Source: a virus
Taxonomy: Duplodnaviria > Caudoviricetes
Direction: 5' to 3' (one strand)
Length of the DNA stretch: 64,000 bases
IMG/VR virus record: IMGVR_UViG_2933073624_000001
Span: 36,643 to 100,642 of that record
Shown here: positions 18,764 to 27,659 of the stretch, piece by piece
Numbering within the stretch: the stretch's first letter is position 1
Layout of the letters: each line of letters opens with the position of its first letter
Notes under the pieces: generated by a model
The model's database searches: none
Told to the model about the DNA's origin: nothing
The model's input: the letters and a program-made list of their open reading frames with translations, nothing else
Program-made: the position numbers and the translations under genes

Positions 18764-19051
18764 ATGACCAACCAGACCACCCCCACCCCCCTCAACCCCT
18801 CCACCCCCACCACCGAAGAGGAGTACGTCTACAACCCCTTCCCCCCGGCCTTCATCTCCGACGAGCCCATGGAGATCTCCGGCCGGGACATGGGCTACCT
18901 CATCCCCTGGATGCAGGCCCAGCTCAAGGCCCAGACCAGGGACCACGACAACTCCGACCTGTGCCAGGCCCTCAGCTCGATCCTGCGCCAGGCCAACAAG
19001 GTCTACGGCACCGAGTCCGAGACCCGGGAGACCTGCATCTGCTACGGCTGA
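18764..19051 (+). CDS. hypothetical protein
   Basis: AGAGG RBS after cassette. Confidence 0.65.
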   Translation: MTNQTTPTPLNPSTPTTEEEYVYNPFPPAFISDEPMEISGRDMGYLIPWMQAQLKAQTRDHDNSDLCQALSSILRQANKVYGTESETRETCICYG

Positions 19052-19112
19052 CCGACTCCGGCCGGGCCACCAGGCCCGGCCGGTACCCCAACCCTGAAAG
19101 GAACCGACCCCG

Positions 19113-19550
19113 ATGAGCGAACTCCCCAAGCTCGCCACCTGCACCTACCAGGAGTTCAAGCCGGACATGGGCACCCCCGTGCGCACCACGGTCGGCCACC
19201 CCCGGTTCGCCCTCTCCTACCAGCTCGCCGGCCACGCCCGGCTCGTCACGCCGACCCGGCCCCTCCTCAAGATCGAGGCCCGCGACGCCTACGAGTTCAG
19301 CTACCGGCGCATGCTCGAAGGCCACGTCTTCGGCAACATCCAGCGCGAACTCCTCCGCATCGCCGGCGCCTACGACCTGGACAGCCCCGTCGTCCTGCTC
19401 TGCTTCGACCGCCTGAACGTCCCGGGCAACTGGTGCCACCGCACCATGTTCGCCGCCTGGTGGACCGAGCAGACCGGCGACGAGGTCCCCGAACTCGGCG
19501 CCCAGCTCAAGGCGGCCCCGACGCCGCCCCCCACCCTGTTCGACTTCTGA
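19113..19550 (+). CDS. DUF488-like protein
   Basis: VVLLCFD...WCHR motif. Confidence 0.6.
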   Translation: MSELPKLATCTYQEFKPDMGTPVRTTVGHPRFALSYQLAGHARLVTPTRPLLKIEARDAYEFSYRRMLEGHVFGNIQRELLRIAGAYDLDSPVVLLCFDRLNVPGNWCHRTMFAAWWTEQTGDEVPELGAQLKAAPTPPPTLFDF

Positions 19551-19557
19551 CCCCACC

Positions 19558-19599
19558 GGCCCGGGTGGGCGGGGGCGGGAATCCCCGCCCACCCGGGCC
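19558..19599 (+). repeat. hairpin with GCGGGAAT loop, copy 1
   Basis: long GC stem closing GCGGGAAT; followed by CCTCGCAA and RBS. Confidence 0.7.
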
Positions 19600-19636
19600 C
19601 CAACCGAAACCACCTCGCAACCACAGGAGCACGACC

Positions 19637-20572
19637 ATGCGCGACGAGATGACCGAAACCCGAGTGAGCCTGGACGGCATCCTCGGCCCGTACGACTGCA
19701 AGCTCGACCTCCACCACCGGTGGAACGGCTGGATGAGCCCCCACTTCACCCTGGACACCGTCCGCGAACTGTCCGCCGAGACCATCGCCACCGCCAACGA
19801 CTACGGCTGGCGCGAGACCGACACGATCCACGTGATCGAGGGCCGGGCCGACAGTCCGGACACCGTCCACGTCATCGACACCGGCCTGACCTACGAGATC
19901 AACGAGGACGGTGACACCGCCCCCCTGGCGATCACCGTACGGATCCCCTGGCGGAAGCTGGACCGCGGCGGCAAGGCCACGATCGGAAAGCTCACCCCGG
20001 ACGCCCGCAAGGCCGCCCGTCGATCCAAGCCCGGCGGCCGGGGCGCGGCCCGCGCGGTCGTCGTCCATGCCCGCTGGATGTACTTCGAGGAGACCGGCCA
20101 GGGCGCGGACATCGTCGAGCCCGACACCGAAGGCCTCTTCCCGGTCGGTGGTTTCGAGTGGTGCTGGTCGATCCACCACTGGTGGTGCGTCTGCGGGGCT
20201 GACCGCCGGTGGCACGAGACCGAGTGCCTGTGCGGCCAGACCCGAGACAACCAGCCGCCCCTCGCGGAGGGAGCCGTCCAGGAAGTCGCCCGCCTCCTGC
20301 GCACCCTGGTCCCCAAAGCCACCTCCGCCCTGGTCGACTTCGGCTCGGGCCTCGCCCGGGTCACCGACGTGTTCGCCGGCGACACCGAAGTGGACATGGC
20401 CGACGACACCGGCCCGTTCGACACCGAGACCCTCGGCGAGGCCGACGAGGTCCTGCGCAAGGCCGTGGACCGGGCCGACTGCCTGAACGACCTGGTCGCC
20501 GACTGGGAGCGCATCCCCCACAAGCGGACCCCCCACCTCTACCGGATCGCCTTCCCGGCCGTCGGCCAGTAG
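19637..20572 (+). CDS. hypothetical protein (paralog of 21181..21630)
   Basis: AGGAG RBS; WNGWMSPHF, DTVHVI, GLFPVGGFEWCW. Confidence 0.7.
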   Translation: MRDEMTETRVSLDGILGPYDCKLDLHHRWNGWMSPHFTLDTVRELSAETIATANDYGWRETDTIHVIEGRADSPDTVHVIDTGLTYEINEDGDTAPLAITVRIPWRKLDRGGKATIGKLTPDARKAARRSKPGGRGAARAVVVHARWMYFEETGQGADIVEPDTEGLFPVGGFEWCWSIHHWWCVCGADRRWHETECLCGQTRDNQPPLAEGAVQEVARLLRTLVPKATSALVDFGSGLARVTDVFAGDTEVDMADDTGPFDTETLGEADEVLRKAVDRADCLNDLVADWERIPHKRTPHLYRIAFPAVGQ

Positions 20573-20643
20573 CCACCACAGCGGATCTCCCGGGCGATCA
20601 CCCGGGCCCGAACCCTTCCCGCTCAACGAAACGAGGACGTCTC

Positions 20644-21081
20644 ATGACCGCTCAGCCCCGCCAGACCTACCCCGTGCCCGACCTTGGCGGCCAGGCACAC
20701 GAAGCCCTTGAGGCCCTGCGCCTCGCTCAGGAGCGGATCGGCCGTGTGATGGCCGCCGTCACCGCCGTCGCCGTCGTCGACGTCCTCACCGACCACCACC
20801 GGGAAGCCGAGTTCGACGCCGCGCACGCTGAGCTGATCGAGGCGGCCGACGGCTCCCTGCACGCCACCGGCCGGTACTGGACGGCCGCCGGCGAGGAGAA
20901 GGCCCTCGCCGAGGCCCACGGCGACCGCTGGGTGGTGCACGAGATGAACGAGTGGGTGCCCTACATGGACTACGACAACGAGCACGTCTGGAAGCCCCTC
21001 GTGGAGCCCCTGGAGGACCGGAACGGCCAGCGGGTCTACCGCCTCGACCTGCGCAAGGCCGCAGCCCTGCCCCTCGACTGA
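20644..21081 (+). CDS. hypothetical protein
   Basis: GAGGA RBS, ATG 20644. Confidence 0.7.
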   Translation: MTAQPRQTYPVPDLGGQAHEALEALRLAQERIGRVMAAVTAVAVVDVLTDHHREAEFDAAHAELIEAADGSLHATGRYWTAAGEEKALAEAHGDRWVVHEMNEWVPYMDYDNEHVWKPLVEPLEDRNGQRVYRLDLRKAAALPLD

Positions 21082-21096
21082 CCCCCTGACACACCT

Positions 21097-21142
21097 GGCC
21101 CCGGGACGGGCGAGGGCGGGAATCCCCGCCCGCCCCGGGGCC
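21097..21142 (+). repeat. hairpin with GCGGGAAT loop, copy 2
   Basis: same loop, divergent stem. Confidence 0.7.
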
Positions 21143-21180
21143 GACCCCTGCCCAGCCGGAACCCTCGCAAGGAGAAACCG

Positions 21181-21630
21181 ATGATCGAAGTCATGGTGTG
21201 CTGCAACGACCGCGACCGCTACCCGGCCTGGATCGACCCCACCGACCACCGCGACGGATTCGTGAAGCCCTGGTTCGATCTGGAGACCGTCCAGCGCATC
21301 GCAGAGGACAGCCAGGCGGAAGCCGCCGAGTTCGGACACGGCGGCGTCGACACCGTCCACGTCATCACCGGCCAGATCGACGGCCAGGACCGGCCGCTGG
21401 TCCTGAACATCTGCTGGATGTACCTGGACGGCGAGAAGCACCAGAAGGCTGTTGAGAACGTCGAGCGCAACGCGGACGGCCTGTACGCGGTCGGCGGCTA
21501 CGACTGGAACTGGTACATGCTCGACGACCTGTTGAACCCGGTGATCCCGCCTCGGGTCGACCCGGCGATCCCGACGCAGGTGAAGCGGGAGATCCTGCCG
21601 CCCTTCCCCGGCCAGCGCACCAACGGATGA
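21181..21630 (+). CDS. hypothetical protein (paralog of 19637..20572)
   Basis: DGFVKPWF, DTVHVI, GLYAVGGYDWNW. Confidence 0.7.
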   Translation: MIEVMVCCNDRDRYPAWIDPTDHRDGFVKPWFDLETVQRIAEDSQAEAAEFGHGGVDTVHVITGQIDGQDRPLVLNICWMYLDGEKHQKAVENVERNADGLYAVGGYDWNWYMLDDLLNPVIPPRVDPAIPTQVKREILPPFPGQRTNG

Positions 21631-21677
21631 CCCCCACACCCCTCCATCACCCCGACCCGACCGTACGAGGACGTCAC

Positions 21678-22610
21678 ATGACCATTCAGCCCGTCCAGGC
21701 CCCGCCCCTCCTGACCTCCGGTGGCCCACAGGGCCTGTGCGAGGGAGCGCTGATCCTCACCCGCCGCGGCATCGTCCCCATCGAGGACATCGCCGCCGGC
21801 GAGGAGGTGTTCACCCACCGGCGCCGCTGGCGGCCGGTCGTGGCCGTCACCTCGCAGACCGCCCCGACGGTGAAGGTCCACTGCGTCACCCTGCCCGGCG
21901 GCCTGCCGGTCACCGCCGACCAGTGGCTGCTCACCCGGAACGCCCGCGTCCTGCTCGAAAGCGACGCCACCGCAGGGATGTCGAGCGCCCGGTGGACCAA
22001 GGCCCGGGATCTGGTCGAAGGCGACCGGGTCGCCTCGCCGCTCGACTTCGGGCAGCCGCTCCCGCTGCCCGAACTGCCCGCCGCCCTCGCCGGGACCGAC
22101 CCGGCCGACATCATTCGCATCGCGGCGCAGATGATCGGCCTCAAGGGCAAGGCGGGCACGGCCCTGTGCCCGGAGCTGGCCGGCTGGCTGGAAACGCACT
22201 TCGGACCGTACGGCGCCGGGCGCCACTTCCCGGCCTGGGCGGTCACGATGCCCGAGGAGCTTCGCCGAGCCTTCCTCGGCGGCCTGGTCGACCTCTCCCC
22301 GGAACGCCAGAAGTGCGCGGTGGCCATGCACTCCAAGAGGTTCATGACCGGCCTGCGGCTGCTGGTCTGCTCCCTCGGCTACGCCGCCGGGCTCGCCTCC
22401 GCCAAGGGGAAGGGAGGAAGCCGGGCGTGGCCGCTGAGCTGGGCGCCGACCGGCGGCCGGCGCCCCGACTATAACGGGTCGCGGTGGCACTCGGTGGCCC
22501 GGGTCGAACGGGGCCCGGTGTCCACGGTGTTCCAGCTGCACGTCATTGAGGACGAGTCCTGCGTCGCCGACGGCCTCACGGTCGCGGCCCCTCTCCCGCC
22601 GGGCAGGTAG
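21678..22610 (+). CDS. free-standing intein-like (Hint + degenerate LAGLIDADG) protein
   Basis: GALILTRRGIVPIEDI..GEEVFTH...WRPV, W.KARDL.EGD, RAFLGGLVD, VFQLHV.EDES.VADG. Confidence 0.75.
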   Translation: MTIQPVQAPPLLTSGGPQGLCEGALILTRRGIVPIEDIAAGEEVFTHRRRWRPVVAVTSQTAPTVKVHCVTLPGGLPVTADQWLLTRNARVLLESDATAGMSSARWTKARDLVEGDRVASPLDFGQPLPLPELPAALAGTDPADIIRIAAQMIGLKGKAGTALCPELAGWLETHFGPYGAGRHFPAWAVTMPEELRRAFLGGLVDLSPERQKCAVAMHSKRFMTGLRLLVCSLGYAAGLASAKGKGGSRAWPLSWAPTGGRRPDYNGSRWHSVARVERGPVSTVFQLHVIEDESCVADGLTVAAPLPPGR

Positions 22611-22615
22611 CAGGG

Positions 22616-22703
22616 CTCTGACCTGCAACTTTCTCGAAAACCTCGGGGGTGCCCCGGAACCACCAAGATCGTTCACGCGTTGTACATAGTGACTACCCAC
22701 TAA
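22616..22703 (+). promoter_or_regulatory. class-A cassette copy 6
   Basis: same architecture, N17 spacer. Confidence 0.8.
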
Positions 22704-22713
22704 GTCACTGTCC

Positions 22714-22753
22714 GGCCCGGTGGGCGGAGGCGGGAATCTCCGCCCACCGGGCC
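22714..22753 (+). repeat. hairpin with GCGGGAAT loop, copy 3
   Basis: perfect 16-bp stem, same loop. Confidence 0.7.
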
Positions 22754-22784
22754 AGCACCGACCGACCTCGCGAGGAGATCCGGC

Positions 22785-24671
22785 ATGGCCGCCATCGACC
22801 CCACATCCCGAGCCTGGGAGGCCTCCTCCCGGGCCGCCAACGCCCCCAGGCGGATCCGCGCCTACAAGCACGACGGTGGCGACTTGTCCGTCATGGACTG
22901 GTTCTGCGGGGCAGGCGGCAGCGGCCAGGGCGCCGAGGCGGTCCCCGGCCTGCGCGTCTACCTCGCCGCGAACCACTGGAAGCAGGCGATCAAGACCCAC
23001 CAGATGAACTTCCCCGGAGTGGCCCACTACATGGGCGACATCCGCAAGGCCCCCGTCTGGGCCTGGCCCACCAGCGACGTGTTCTGGTCCTCGCCGGAAT
23101 GCACCAACTGGAGTATCGCCAAGGGCAGGAAGCGCTCGTTCGCGAAGGCCGTGCAGGGCGACCTCATGAGCCTGTACGCGGACGCGGAGGAAGCGAAGTT
23201 CAAGACGGGCGCCGACCCCGACAACGAGCCCACGGCCGAAGAGGAGGCCTCGCGCGCCCTGATGGAGGAGATCCCGCTCTACCTGCGCGGTGTGATCGAG
23301 CGCGGCGGCCTGATCAAGGCCGGGGTGGTCGAGAACGTGATCGACGTCCGCGCGTGGGCCGAGTGGGACGCCTGGCGCGGTGAGTTCCACAAGCTCGGGT
23401 ACTTCACGAAGCTCGTGGCGCTGAACTCGATGCACGCCGACCCGCGCAGCGTGCACAAGGCCCCGCAGTCCCGTGACCGGCTCTACCTCGTCTACTGGCA
23501 CAAGAGCCTGGGGCGCACGCCGGACTGGGACAAGTGGATCCGGCCCCGCGCGTACTGCCACGGCTGCGACGAGGTCGTGGCCGCCCGCCAGGTCTTCCGC
23601 AAGCCCGGCCAGGACATGGGCCGGTACAAGAGCAGCTACGACTACCGGTGCCCCCGGAAGTCCTGCCGGGCGCTCGTCGAGCCCGACACCCTGCCCGCCG
23701 CCGCGGCGATCGACTTCTCGATCAAGGGCACGCCGATCGGCAGCCGGCCCAAGAGCGAGGAAGCCCCCGAGGGCCTGGCCCCGAACACGATGGCCCGCAT
23801 CCGCGCGGGCGTCGCCAAGTACTGGCCCAAGCCCGGCGGCCCGGCCGACGAGGACGACACGCTGTTCGGCGACACCGGCCAGAGCGCGGCCAGGACGGCG
23901 CCGCTCCTCGTCCCGACCGGCGGGACCTGGCGGAACACCGCCAGCAGCACCGAGGTTCCGATGCCCACCCGCACGACCGTCGAGAGCGACGGGCTCGTGA
24001 TCCCCCCGATCCTGATCCCCTGCGAGGGCCGCGAGGGCAAGCAGCCGATGCCGGTCGACCAGCCCCTGCGGACCCAGACGACCCGCCTGGAAACGGCCGT
24101 CGCCTACGCCCCGTTCGTGGTCCCCATGCGAGGAGGTGGCGACAAGGAGAAGGCCCGGCACATCAGCCAGCCGCTCCACACCGTCTCGGCCGGCGGCAAC
24201 CACCACGGCCTGGTCACCGGGCCCGTCCCGCTGGTCATGCGGAACAACACCCCCAAGGGCGACCCGGCCCAGATGTGCACGACCGCCGGCGAACCGCTGC
24301 GGACGATGACGGCGGCCGGGCACCAGTCGCTCATCACCCCCGGGGACGGGCTCCTCGTCCCGTACTACGGCACCGGCCAGGCCCGGCCGGTCTCCGAGCC
24401 GGTCGGCACCCTGCCCACCCGGGACCGGTACGCGCTCCTCGACGCGAACGGCGAGTACGACCTGTCCAAGGTGCTTTTCAGGATGCTCCAGCCCAAGGAG
24501 ATCGGCAGGGCGATGGCCTTCGGTGACGACTACAGGGTCCTCGGGTCGAAGCGCGACCGGATCAGGCAGTACGGCAACGCGGTCACCCCGAACGTCGCCG
24601 AGGTCTTGCTGTGCGCGCTCGTCGAGTGCATCACCGGGGAGCCGATCAGCCGCTACGCGCTGGCCGCCTGA
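22785..24671 (+). CDS. DNA (cytosine-5)-methyltransferase
   Basis: DWFCGAGG (I), SPEC (IV), ENV (VI), QSRDR (VIII), QYGNAV (X). Confidence 0.92.
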   Translation: MAAIDPTSRAWEASSRAANAPRRIRAYKHDGGDLSVMDWFCGAGGSGQGAEAVPGLRVYLAANHWKQAIKTHQMNFPGVAHYMGDIRKAPVWAWPTSDVFWSSPECTNWSIAKGRKRSFAKAVQGDLMSLYADAEEAKFKTGADPDNEPTAEEEASRALMEEIPLYLRGVIERGGLIKAGVVENVIDVRAWAEWDAWRGEFHKLGYFTKLVALNSMHADPRSVHKAPQSRDRLYLVYWHKSLGRTPDWDKWIRPRAYCHGCDEVVAARQVFRKPGQDMGRYKSSYDYRCPRKSCRALVEPDTLPAAAAIDFSIKGTPIGSRPKSEEAPEGLAPNTMARIRAGVAKYWPKPGGPADEDDTLFGDTGQSAARTAPLLVPTGGTWRNTASSTEVPMPTRTTVESDGLVIPPILIPCEGREGKQPMPVDQPLRTQTTRLETAVAYAPFVVPMRGGGDKEKARHISQPLHTVSAGGNHHGLVTGPVPLVMRNNTPKGDPAQMCTTAGEPLRTMTAAGHQSLITPGDGLLVPYYGTGQARPVSEPVGTLPTRDRYALLDANGEYDLSKVLFRMLQPKEIGRAMAFGDDYRVLGSKRDRIRQYGNAVTPNVAEVLLCALVECITGEPISRYALAA

Positions 24672-24709
24672 CCCGAGACCCCGGGGCGGTTCCCAGCGGG
24701 CCGCCCCGG

Positions 24710-24797
24710 CTCTGACCTGCAACTTCCCTCGATCTCCCGGGATTCACCCGGAACCACAAGACCCCCACAAGCGTTGTACATAGTGACTACCCACTAA
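24710..24797 (+). promoter_or_regulatory. class-A cassette copy 7
   Basis: same architecture, N17 spacer. Confidence 0.8.
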
Positions 24798-24820
24798 CTC
24801 CTACCCCTCCGGAGGAAGCC

Positions 24821-25339
24821 ATGGCCGACACCGCCACCGCCCGCGCGCACACCACCTCCGCCCGCGGCCCCATCGTCGTCACCGCCACCATCACCCCCGG
24901 CCCGGACTCGTTCACGATCACCGGCGCCCACGCCTACGACACGAGCAGGCACGGCCGCATCCAGGGCGGCCTGACCCGGGGCGGGTTCTCCTTCCCGGCC
25001 GGCGAGGTCGACGTCCGCATCGACAAGCACTGGAACCTGACCGACACCCTCGACCTCGCGGTCGCCTGCGCCATCCTCGCCGCCGGCGGCCAGATCGACC
25101 CCGGCATCCTGGACCGCGTCGTCCTCCTCGGCGGCATGGGCTGGACTGGCCACCTCGACCCCGTCATGGGCGTCGCTGACTGCGCCCACATGGCCCGGCA
25201 GGGCGACCGGCGCACCATCCTGGTCCCCGCCGAGCAGTCCATGCGCGTCCACCGGCTCGACTTCGGCCTCGACGTCGTCGGCGTCCGCAGCGTCCGCGAG
25301 GCCGCCGACTTCCTCAACCGCCAGGCCGACCGGGCCTGA
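24821..25339 (+). CDS. YifB/ComM (Mg-chelatase-like) N-terminal domain only
   Basis: GFSFP, DLAVACAILAA, LLG.MG..G.L.PV.GV, ILVP; no Walker A. Confidence 0.7.
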   Translation: MADTATARAHTTSARGPIVVTATITPGPDSFTITGAHAYDTSRHGRIQGGLTRGGFSFPAGEVDVRIDKHWNLTDTLDLAVACAILAAGGQIDPGILDRVVLLGGMGWTGHLDPVMGVADCAHMARQGDRRTILVPAEQSMRVHRLDFGLDVVGVRSVREAADFLNRQADRA

Positions 25340-25421
25340 CCTGCGGCTTTCCTCGAAACCCCCGGAGTCAACCCGGAACCCCGCGGGTAGTCACGCGTTG
25401 GACATAGTGACTACCCACTAA
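25335..25421 (+). promoter_or_regulatory. class-A cassette copy 8
   Basis: TGA stop of upstream gene lies inside CTGACCTGC; GGAAC-N16-CGTTG. Confidence 0.8.
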
Positions 25422-25442
25422 GTCCCCTTCCTGGAGGAACCC

Positions 25443-25835
25443 ATGATCGGCAAGCTCATCCCCGAAGCCCTCGCCCAGGCCATCACCGCCGAGGCCATGC
25501 GCCACGAGGCCGACCCCGTCCGCCAAGCCCAGGTCCTCAACGTCCTGGCCGCCGCGAACTACACGGTCAACGAGATCGCCGAACTCGCCGGCACGACCTG
25601 GCACGAGATCGAGACGACCATCGGCCTGCTCGCCCTGGTCGACCTCGGCAAGGACGCCCTCGACCAGGGCCTCCTCTACGTCAGCCTCGCCCGGCACATC
25701 GCCCAGCTCAGCGAGGCCAACCAGAACGTCGTCCTCATTCGCTGGATTCGCGGCGACTTCAAGAACGAGGCGCACGCCACCCGCTACGTCCAGGCCCTCA
25801 TCGAGGACGAGGGAACCGTCCTCGGCCTGAACTAG
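25443..25835 (+). CDS. ParB HTH-region paralog lacking the ParB-N domain
   Basis: aligns by eye with parB segment P.EEA...YTIDQVSE.VG...LL.L...NQ..FL.R.TRGEFK. Confidence 0.7.
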   Translation: MIGKLIPEALAQAITAEAMRHEADPVRQAQVLNVLAAANYTVNEIAELAGTTWHEIETTIGLLALVDLGKDALDQGLLYVSLARHIAQLSEANQNVVLIRWIRGDFKNEAHATRYVQALIEDEGTVLGLN

Positions 25836-25967
25836 CGCAGCGCGGCCGGTGGGGCGCGAAAGCACTGGGAATCCCACCGGCCGCCACGCCCAGCACCGAT
25901 GGGCCTCGCAACCCGACCAGGCGCGTGAGGCCCACCGTACCCCCCTTCCAGATCACAGGAGGAACGC

Positions 25968-26915
25968 GTGAGCACCAACACCACCACCCCCGCCGGGCTC
26001 GCCCCCGAGGCCCGCGAGTTCATCATCGTCGGCCAGGACCAGGGCACCGGCTACACCTTGTGGGACATCGCCCCCGCCCCCACCGACCCCACCCGCCGGT
26101 CGGTCGTCCTCGAGGAGCTCGGCGTCGAGGCCATGGACGCCTTCGGGTCGGTCACCCTTGAGTGGGCCACCACCCCCCGCGCGGCCGTGAACCAGCTCCT
26201 CACCGCCCGGCGCGACTCCTCCGGCCTGGATGACTACGGCCTCACCCCGGACAGCCGCACCGAGAACCTCGGCGCCGAGGAGCCCCTGCCCGCCACCGCC
26301 AGCGAGACCCTGCGCCGCGCCCTCGCGGCAGCCGGCCTCGACAGCGAGACCGACGGCGACCTCCACGGCACGTGGGTGATCGTCGACCTGCCCTGCGGCG
26401 CGGAGATCTGGATCACCGGCACCCGCACCCACCGCGTCGGCCACCCTGCCACCCGCCACCACGGCTGGACCGCGCACTTCTACTCCACCGGCGGTGACAG
26501 CAGCGTCCGCCGCGAGCTGTACTCCTCGGACGCCACCGACCTCGACGCCGACACCACGGCCCTGGTCGCCCTGGTCGCCGCCGAGGCCCGCGCCGACCAC
26601 CACGGGACCCCGCTGCCCCTGGCGCCCCACGTCCTCGCGGACATCGCCGGAAAGGTCCGCCCGCACCTGCCCGGCGCGCAATTCCTCACGATCGACGCCA
26701 CCGACGGCACCCTCCGCGCCGTCCTGGACGCCGACCACCGAACCCTCTGGTACGCGCCCGCCAGCCCCACCGGCCTGCCCGACACCGTCGCCGACGAGGT
26801 CGCCCGCCTGGCCGACCTCCTGCTCTACCCGACGGTGAACGGCGACAAGCCCGGCGACCGCACCCCCCTCGCCGGCCACGACGACACGTGCCTGATCACC
26901 CTGCCCCGCCCCTGA
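25968..26915 (+). CDS. hypothetical protein
   Basis: AGGAGG RBS, GTG start. Confidence 0.7.
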   Translation: MSTNTTTPAGLAPEAREFIIVGQDQGTGYTLWDIAPAPTDPTRRSVVLEELGVEAMDAFGSVTLEWATTPRAAVNQLLTARRDSSGLDDYGLTPDSRTENLGAEEPLPATASETLRRALAAAGLDSETDGDLHGTWVIVDLPCGAEIWITGTRTHRVGHPATRHHGWTAHFYSTGGDSSVRRELYSSDATDLDADTTALVALVAAEARADHHGTPLPLAPHVLADIAGKVRPHLPGAQFLTIDATDGTLRAVLDADHRTLWYAPASPTGLPDTVADEVARLADLLLYPTVNGDKPGDRTPLAGHDDTCLITLPRP

Positions 26916-27005
26916 CCCGACCCCGGACATGAAGGTGCCGGGTGGGCCCCGCACGAACCCACCCGGCACCTGACCACCACCCGAACTGCGATGGAAGGCC
27001 CCACA

Positions 27006-27659
27006 ATGAGCGACACCACTCCGAATGTCCAGTACACCCCGTACGCGGAAGGGCGCTTCGCCCCGGTCCTGCCCTACGCCCCGACCGGCTACCTGTTCAC
27101 CGTCCCCGGCAGCTTCCCCGACGACACTCCCTCCCACCTGAACCTGACCGACCGGGACATGGCGGTCTACTGGACGTACGGACAGTGGGAGGTCCGCGAC
27201 CTCACCGCCGAACGCCGAGTCTGGGGCATCGGCCGAAGCCGCAGGACCGCCGTCGGCCTCGCCTTCCTGGAGATCGCCCGCAAGCGCCGCCAGGAAGCCC
27301 GGGAGGCCGCCGAACGGCGCCTGGCCGTCGGCCTGGAGGCCGTCCCCCCGTACGCGGTGGAGATCACCGGAGACGTCACCCTCATCTGCACCCCCGAGGC
27401 GACCGGCGTCTTGAAGTCCCTGGAGCTCGACGACAACGGCCCGACCCTCTACCACGTCCACGACACCGACGGCGGAGACCCGTACACGATCCGCCACGCC
27501 CCCCGGCTGTCCCTCCGGCAGACCCTGACCGGCGTCCTGCACGTCCGGTGCGGCTGCGACCCCGAGGACGCCACCCGGTTCGAGAACGAGACCGACGCCC
27601 TCAAGTGGGCCACCCGGGGCCTGACCTTCTTCTGGCCCTGCGCGAACAACCCCGCCTGA
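27006..27659 (+). CDS. hypothetical protein
   Basis: GGAAGG RBS, ATG 27006. Confidence 0.7.
   Translation: MSDTTPNVQYTPYAEGRFAPVLPYAPTGYLFTVPGSFPDDTPSHLNLTDRDMAVYWTYGQWEVRDLTAERRVWGIGRSRRTAVGLAFLEIARKRRQEAREAAERRLAVGLEAVPPYAVEITGDVTLICTPEATGVLKSLELDDNGPTLYHVHDTDGGDPYTIRHAPRLSLRQTLTGVLHVRCGCDPEDATRFENETDALKWATRGLTFFWPCANNPA

Noticed and set aside
17820-24671. Methyltransferases as a restriction-modification system
   Set aside because: No adjacent endonuclease recognised; orphan anti-restriction methylases are more likely
21498-24722. 1074-aa minus-strand ORF and similar long antisense ORFs
   Set aside because: Shadow frames of high-GC3 plus-strand genes with recognisable motifs
10301-25421. 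Class-A repeats as a CRISPR array or integron attC sites
   Set aside because: They are separated by whole genes of 0.6-4 kb, no cas or integron integrase is visible, and they have clear promoter geometry
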